Shown here in pieces: positions 59,170 through 64,000 of a stretch of 64,000 nt of DNA. Positions within the stretch are counted from its first letter, which is position 1, and every line of letters begins with the position of its first letter. The notes under the pieces are model-generated. The model did not search any database. It saw only the letters and a program-made list of their open reading frames with translations, and was not told the DNA's origin. The position numbers and the translations under genes are program-made. The DNA comes from Chloroflexota bacterium (GTDB taxonomy: Bacteria > Chloroflexota > UBA11872 > VXOZ01): NCBI GenBank assembly GCA_965220015.1, contig OZ244798.1, forward strand, positions 1,377,790-1,441,789. The letters are read 5' to 3'.

Positions 59170-59752
59170 GCCATTGCCTCCTTCTGGCCTTAAGTGCGTG
59201 TCTCAACTCTAGTTTGCAACGCTGCACAAGAGTCGACACCCAAGATGCGCGCTGCGTTTCTGTACACTACTACCGTACCATTCTCTGTCCGATTTGTAGA
59301 GTTTGAAGCTCTTACAAGACAATTCTCCCGCTCAATTGCCGGCGGCATGCAATTAGGAAGCGCGAGAGGCGCTTTCCAGCAACCGGGCCTGCCGGACGAT
59401 GGCACGTGCAGGCCATGCCCTTCGTCATTTCATCGAACTATGTCCCTCATAGCGAGTTGCGTGTTTTGATACTGAATTGTCATCCCGTCTCGGGTACTCA
59501 CGGAGCGCAGAAGACTGGCAAAGTGACAATAGAAAACAGGTGCGAGCCAGATTGAATGCGAATGCTTGTGTCTTCTACTGCAGTTTTCCGACCGAGTAGA
59601 AAGGATGTGTCACTGTCCGGAGGAGCGTACAGTCCCCCAAGCTACGAGCGGAGCGTTGCCGGAACATGCGAAAGAATTGGCTAATAGCGTGATACAATGT
59701 GTGCAAACGTGCATGAAAACTAGCTTGTAGGTCTCTGGAATGGGAGACTGGA

Positions 59753-60274
59753 ATGATTTCTGAAAAGATAGAGGCAGCATTTAACAAACAGATCACGGTC
59801 GAACTGCACGCTTCAAATCTCTACTTGGCGATGGGAGCATACTTTGACGCGCTCGCCTATCGCGGTTTCGGGCACTGGCTGCGCCTACAGAGCGATGAAG
59901 AGCGTCAGCATGCGCAGCGCATAATTGATATTGTGGTGGACCGGGGCGGCGCGGTAGAGATACAAGGCATTGAGGCGCCCGACTCATTCGAGTCCCCATT
60001 GGCAGTGTTTGAGCAGGTAGTGGCGCAAGAACAAAAGGTGACGCGCATGTTCCATGTGCTCTCAGACTTGGCCGAGGAAGAGAGCGATCACACGACGCTA
60101 GTTGAACTCGAGTGGTTTCTCCTCGAACAAGTGGAAGAAGAGCGCGTTTCCAGTGACATTCTAAAGAAAGTCAAGCGCCTGCATAATTCGCCGAGCGGAA
60201 TGCTTGAACTCGACCGCGATCTAGGGGGGCGCCCGGCGGGAGAAGACCCAGCCCAGGACGACCCGCAGCCATAG
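59753..60274 (+). CDS. ftn: Ferritin-like non-haem iron storage protein
   Basis: EAAFNKQITVELHASNLYLAMGAYFD...EERQHAQRIID... carries the ferroxidase-centre Glu/His pattern of Ftn/Bfr. GGGAG RBS. Confidence 0.85.
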   Translation: MISEKIEAAFNKQITVELHASNLYLAMGAYFDALAYRGFGHWLRLQSDEERQHAQRIIDIVVDRGGAVEIQGIEAPDSFESPLAVFEQVVAQEQKVTRMFHVLSDLAEEESDHTTLVELEWFLLEQVEEERVSSDILKKVKRLHNSPSGMLELDRDLGGRPAGEDPAQDDPQP

Positions 60275-60319
60275 CCCTTTGGCCAGTTCGACATTGGGCC
60301 CCCCGCCGTTCAGCCAAAT

Positions 60320-60394
60320 TGGAGCGGGCAATGGGATTCGAACCCACGATCTCAACCTTGGGAAGGTCGCATGTTACCACTACACCATGCCCGC
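60320..60394 (-). tRNA. tRNA-Gly (anticodon CCC)
   Basis: Minus-strand sequence GCGGGCATGGTGTAGTGGTAACATGCGACCTTCCCAAGGTTGAGATCGTGGGTTCGAATCCCATTGCCCGCTCCA. Acceptor GCGGGCA/TGCCCGC. Anticodon loop TTCCCAA. T loop TTCGAAT. Encoded CCA. Confidence 0.85.
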
Positions 60395-60610
60395 ATAGCT
60401 ATGCTTCACTCTAGGCACTAAGCCCTACTCTGTCAAGCACTCCCGGCGCCTACTCAGCTCGCCCTACAACGGCGTCTTCGCAAGTAATTCTGGGTAAATT
60501 TTCCTCTTCTACAGGGAACCTCCCTGAAGTGAGAATTCGGTAGCAAATGGGCTACACTGGTCCCGGCGATGCGACATTTGAAGTGAGACATATTTGAAGG
60601 AGAGGGCGAA

Positions 60611-61357
60611 ATGCCGCAGAAGCTTGCCGGCCGCCGGGTACTTGTCACAGGCGGGGGGCGCGGGATCGGCCGCTCGATTGCCCTGTCCTGCGCGCGAGAG
60701 GAAGCGCGTGTTGCCATCACGGCGCGGTCTGAAGATCAACTTGCCGCCGTTGCCGCTGAGATCGAGGCTGCGGGCGGTTCCGCGACTTCGTTAGTTTGCG
60801 ACGTAGGTGACGTGAGACAGGTTGAGCGGATGGTCCATGGTGCGATAGAGGCTCTGGGCGGCATCGACATCCTGGTCAACAACGCGGGCGGAGGCACGGA
60901 GCACGCTGCCGTAGCCGAGAGTACGCCGGACCTGTGGGTGGCGTGCATCAATGCCAATCTCGTCGGCACGTATGCCTGTACGCGCTACGTCTTGCCGCAG
61001 ATGATTGCCGGCGGCGGCGGCAAGATCATCAATATCGGGTCCGGCATGGGCCACGAGGCCCGCGCCAACAGCACATCGTACAACACGGCGAAGGCTGCCG
61101 TATGGATGTTTACGAAATGCCTTGCGCTGGAAGTGTGGGAGCACGGCATAGACGTCAATGAGATCGTGCCCGGGCCGGTGCTCACGCCGCTCACTGCCGA
61201 TCGCTTCACCCTGGACGGACCTCCCCCATTCGCGCCCAGCGAGCGTGTGAAACTGCCTGAAGAGGTTGCCGACCTCACCGTGTGGCTTGCCAGCCAGCCG
61301 CCGGGTGGGCCCACCGGCCAAAGTTTCAGCCTGGCGCGTCGACCGCCCGGTGGTTGA
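60611..61357 (+). CDS. SDR-family short-chain dehydrogenase/reductase
   Basis: TGGGRGIGRSIA cofactor motif, NNAG, and the YxxxK active site (YNTAKAAV). GGAGAGGG RBS. Confidence 0.88.
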   Translation: MPQKLAGRRVLVTGGGRGIGRSIALSCAREEARVAITARSEDQLAAVAAEIEAAGGSATSLVCDVGDVRQVERMVHGAIEALGGIDILVNNAGGGTEHAAVAESTPDLWVACINANLVGTYACTRYVLPQMIAGGGGKIINIGSGMGHEARANSTSYNTAKAAVWMFTKCLALEVWEHGIDVNEIVPGPVLTPLTADRFTLDGPPPFAPSERVKLPEEVADLTVWLASQPPGGPTGQSFSLARRPPGG

Positions 61358-61530
61358 AACAGGGCCAATTAGGGCCACAACGATCACAGCCACTTGGGTG
61401 GAGTTCTTGGGAGCCAGTCGATTCTCGTAGTCCCCGACAGCGCACATCTGATCGTTAGAAGAGAGGGGTCAGCAAGTGCACCCGGCCTTCACTCAGGATG
61501 CGGTCATGCACCCGTCACCAAGGTGGGCGG

Positions 61531-64000
61531 CTACCGTTGCGCTGGGGGGATTTGCAGGCGCTGCCCGACTGAGATCACATTCGGATCTTCGATCTGGTTG
61601 AGTTCCGCGAGCGCATTCACTGTGACGCCAAACTGTTGAGCAATCGACGTGAGCGTGTCTCCGGCCTGCACGACGTATTCAGTAGTTGGCGGAGTCGCAG
61701 GCGGCGTAGGCGCTGCAGAGGGAGGGACGCCCGGTGTTGGTGAGGGCGCGGATGGCGGCTGCGCCGTTGGCGAAGGCTGCGCCGCGGGAGATGATTGCGC
61801 CGCGGGCGAAGTTGGCGCCACGAGCAACTGTGGCGTTGGGGACGGCGACGAAGGCGCCTGCATTTCCGCTTCAACCGATACTTCGCCCGATGCACTGGTG
61901 GTCTCGGGATACCAGAGGCCCCGCGTCGCGAATGTGACGCCGATGATCACCGCAACAGCCAAGAAAACTACACCTCTCGCAAGTCCCTGTTCGCCTACGA
62001 GCGGGGTTCTCGTACCGGCAGGGAGAAGCGGCCACCAGTTAGCTTTTATGGAAGCCGGCCACCAGTTCGCTCTGCCGACCAACGTTACAATCCCCGGCAC
62101 GAGGAGCGAGCGGACAACTAACGCATCTATGAGGATGCCCAGCGCGACAGCCGCACCCATTTGGAAGAGCATCTGCAGCGGCGATGCCGTAAGCGCGGCA
62201 AAGGTTCCGGCGAGGATGACACCGGCGGCCGTAATGATCGCCCCGGTGCGCGCCGAAGCTACGCGTACACCTTCCCGCAGCGGCAACGACGCACTTTCTT
62301 CCCGAATGCGGTGCACCAAGAAGACATTGTAGTCCGCCCCGAGCGCGATGAGCATGACCATGACCGTCAAGGGCAAGAGGTAGTACACACCCTCGTGCCC
62401 GAGGATGCCTTGGAAGAACAGGGTAGAGAGTCCCAAGCTGCTGCCGTACGAGAATACGACGGTGCCAACTAGATAAAGGGGGGCGACCAGGCTGCGGAGC
62501 AGGATGGCGAGGACAGCAAAGATGCCCACCACGGTAACAATGCCCACTGTCTGCAGGTCTTGACGGACCACCCGCTGAATGTCGGTGATCTCTGCAGTGG
62601 ATCCACCTACGAAAACCCTTGCCGAGCCCAAAGGCCCGTCGCGATTTTGCTCCACAGTTTCTCGGACTGCGTCTAACGCGTTGATTGCCCTTGCGCTAAG
62701 TGGGTCTTCCTTAAGAATGACAAAGAAGCGGATTGTCTTTGTATCTTCAGAGAAGAAGAGGGGCATGATGGCGCTCGAGGCCTGCTCCACGCCGGGGAGT
62801 TCGGTGGGAATGAAGTAGGGGTGGGGATACGCCGCGAAAACTTCACGCAATGCGGTGAGCGCATCCGCCACGCTGCGCATAGCCTCAGGAATTGGAGCCT
62901 CCGTCGTCTGCTGCAAGGCTGCCCCGCTTGGAAAGAAAACCGCCCCCGGCTTATCGGCAAAGAAGCCGGCCAGCAGCTCTAGCTGGGCTGCAACTCCACT
63001 AAGAGATGCTTGAATTTGGGCTTGCTGCGCCGCTCGTTGCTGCGCTGAGAGATTGGAAGACGTAGACGCATTCTGTGCCGCCTGCTGAATCGTATTCAGA
63101 ATTCTCGTTGATTCCACATACGAGGGGTGTGCGGCAACGTCCGGAAAAGCTTCGGATAATTCCGCGAGGTAGCTGCTCAGCGAAGCCAGCACCGTTGCGG
63201 GATCAGCCGGACTTTGAGAGGGTGCGGGTCGGCGTAGCTGGTCGGCCATTTGCCGTAGCTGCGTGGCAGGATGCGCTTGGGTGCGAAGAGCGGCAGTGGT
63301 CCCTGACAAGTTCGTAAGCGCTTCCCTCGTTTGAAGAAATTCGGGGGCTTGCGCAACTTCAGGGAAAGAGTCTGCAAGTTCATCCACGTACCGTTGTAAT
63401 GTGCTTACTTGGGCCGTAGCTTCTTCGATCAGGCGCGCGGCCGGTGCGTCTTCACCCACAACGGGAGCACGCAATGAATCAGCAATTTGGTCAAGCTGCG
63501 CAGGGACCGTGAAGGCAGTAACGGCGCCATCGCCAATGGGGTCTATGATGCTGCGCATCTGATTCACAGATTCCAATGCCAAGAGGTCTTCCTGCAGCGA
63601 GGCGATCGCGCGCAGATACGGCGTAGATGTAAGGTCGCTGCTTTCGGGTAACTCGAGCAGCACGGCAGCGGGCGCGAACTCTCCCTGCGGAAAATGCTTG
63701 GCAATGGCATCGAATCCCTGACGTGAATCGGTGCTCTTTGGCAGCGACGCCAGCATCGCCAAATTCTCGCGATACTGCAGGAGACCCAGGTACGGAATGG
63801 CAAGGGCCACGGTGATGACAAGCACTAGCACGAACGGGCGTCTGGCCACCAGGTTGCTAATACCCACCCAAAAGGCAGTCGGTTGTGTGTTTTCAACGCT
63901 CGTCTTGCGGGGCCAGAAGAGATGACGGCCAAAGAGAGAAAGCAAGGCTGGCGTAAGCGTAAGCCCGGCGAGAAGCGTGATGCCTACGGCTAAGGCCAGA
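61531..64000 (-). CDS. MMPL-family (RND-superfamily) transporter with a C-terminal Pro/Ala/Thr-rich linker and LysM domain; N-terminus lies beyond the window edge
   Basis: The minus-strand frame is open to position 64000 (...LALAVGITLLAGLTLTPALLSLFGRHLFWPRKT is the MMPL TM6/GRxxFWP junction). A large extracytoplasmic domain follows. The second TM bundle is (ITAAGVILAGTFAALTASPLQMLFQMGAAVALGILIDALVVRSLLVPGIVTLVGRANWWP). Then comes a P/A/S/T linker and LysM (EYVVQAGDTLTSIAQQFGVTVNALAELNQIEDPNVISVGQRLQIP). Confidence 0.8.
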   Translation of the reverse strand, partial: LALAVGITLLAGLTLTPALLSLFGRHLFWPRKTSVENTQPTAFWVGISNLVARRPFVLVLVITVALAIPYLGLLQYRENLAMLASLPKSTDSRQGFDAIAKHFPQGEFAPAAVLLELPESSDLTSTPYLRAIASLQEDLLALESVNQMRSIIDPIGDGAVTAFTVPAQLDQIADSLRAPVVGEDAPAARLIEEATAQVSTLQRYVDELADSFPEVAQAPEFLQTREALTNLSGTTAALRTQAHPATQLRQMADQLRRPAPSQSPADPATVLASLSSYLAELSEAFPDVAAHPSYVESTRILNTIQQAAQNASTSSNLSAQQRAAQQAQIQASLSGVAAQLELLAGFFADKPGAVFFPSGAALQQTTEAPIPEAMRSVADALTALREVFAAYPHPYFIPTELPGVEQASSAIMPLFFSEDTKTIRFFVILKEDPLSARAINALDAVRETVEQNRDGPLGSARVFVGGSTAEITDIQRVVRQDLQTVGIVTVVGIFAVLAILLRSLVAPLYLVGTVVFSYGSSLGLSTLFFQGILGHEGVYYLLPLTVMVMLIALGADYNVFLVHRIREESASLPLREGVRVASARTGAIITAAGVILAGTFAALTASPLQMLFQMGAAVALGILIDALVVRSLLVPGIVTLVGRANWWPASIKANWWPLLPAGTRTPLVGEQGLARGVVFLAVAVIIGVTFATRGLWYPETTSASGEVSVEAEMQAPSSPSPTPQLLVAPTSPAAQSSPAAQPSPTAQPPSAPSPTPGVPPSAAPTPPATPPTTEYVVQAGDTLTSIAQQFGVTVNALAELNQIEDPNVISVGQRLQIPPAQR

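Noticed and set aside
59170-59752. SRP RNA, tmRNA, RNase P RNA or 6S RNA in the large intergenic gaps (also checked 12581-13024 and 41330-41742)
   Set aside because: Looked for GGAAGCAGCC (SRP domain IV), a tRNA-like CCACCA end with GGUUCGAAUCC (tmRNA), and GGAAAGUCCGGGCUCC (RNase P). None was found. Only the glpX-downstream element has convincing structure, and it matches none of these consensus motifs.
60171-60380. Track ORF 60171..60380 (-) and neighbours 60088..60294
   Set aside because: They overlap tRNA-Gly(CCC) at 60320-60394. The translation (MVTCDLPKVEIVGSNPIARS...) is just the tRNA read in frame.

Overview
High-GC (~63%) bacterial chromosomal window, gene-dense (~88% coding, short operons on both strands). 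The lineage cannot be assigned from sequence alone. No transposase, integrase, CRISPR array or rRNA was seen. There is no obvious integrated mobile element, but several local oddities are listed under findings.

Recognisable content, in order:
- 5'-truncated HxlR-family regulator.
- Acetyl-CoA synthetase (acs), with a repeat-rich upstream region.
- A MoxR(AAA+)-DUF58-VWA (Bat-like) operon. Four genes in a row use overlapping ATGA stop/start junctions. A Gln/Ala/Glu-rich membrane protein sits upstream and a degenerate receiver-like protein downstream.
- Class II fructose-1,6-bisphosphatase (glpX), followed by a structured 3' element and an intrinsic terminator.
- comFC, clpC, a stand-alone Clp-N-domain protein, leucyl aminopeptidase, a transglutaminase-like protein and a sugar ABC substrate-binding protein.
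- A translationally coupled Kelch-propeller / purple-acid-phosphatase-like pair, and a dGTPase.
- A co-directional minus-strand cluster: Gfo/Idh/MocA oxidoreductase, two paralogous neutral-ceramidase-like hydrolases flanking a divergently transcribed GPP34/GOLPH3-like protein, an amidohydrolase-2, two paralogous unknown polytopic membrane proteins, and an ABC-2 exporter with a palindromic operator-like site upstream.
- YdeI-like protein, a BCCP-like (accB-like) protein lacking the biotinyl-lysine and overlapping efp, Xaa-Pro aminopeptidase, DUF95/SpoIIM-like protein, tatA.
- S41 C-terminal processing protease, M16 peptidase, a TPR protein, a DUF4349+DUF11 membrane protein, murJ, ppc.
- Two tandem ~85%-identical PhyH-family dioxygenase genes split by a lower-GC insert that carries a YdjM-like membrane hydrolase and a small HTH-like protein.
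- A nonsense-interrupted TPR gene beside tRNA-Arg, hflC/hflK, ferritin, tRNA-Gly(CCC), an SDR oxidoreductase, and an MMPL-family transporter with an unusual C-terminal LysM domain that runs off the window.

Other notes:
- A perfect 28-bp palindrome occurs identically at two loci ~6 kb apart.
- Coordinates taken from the ORF track are exact. Coordinates read by hand (hairpins, tRNAs) may be off by 1-2 nt.
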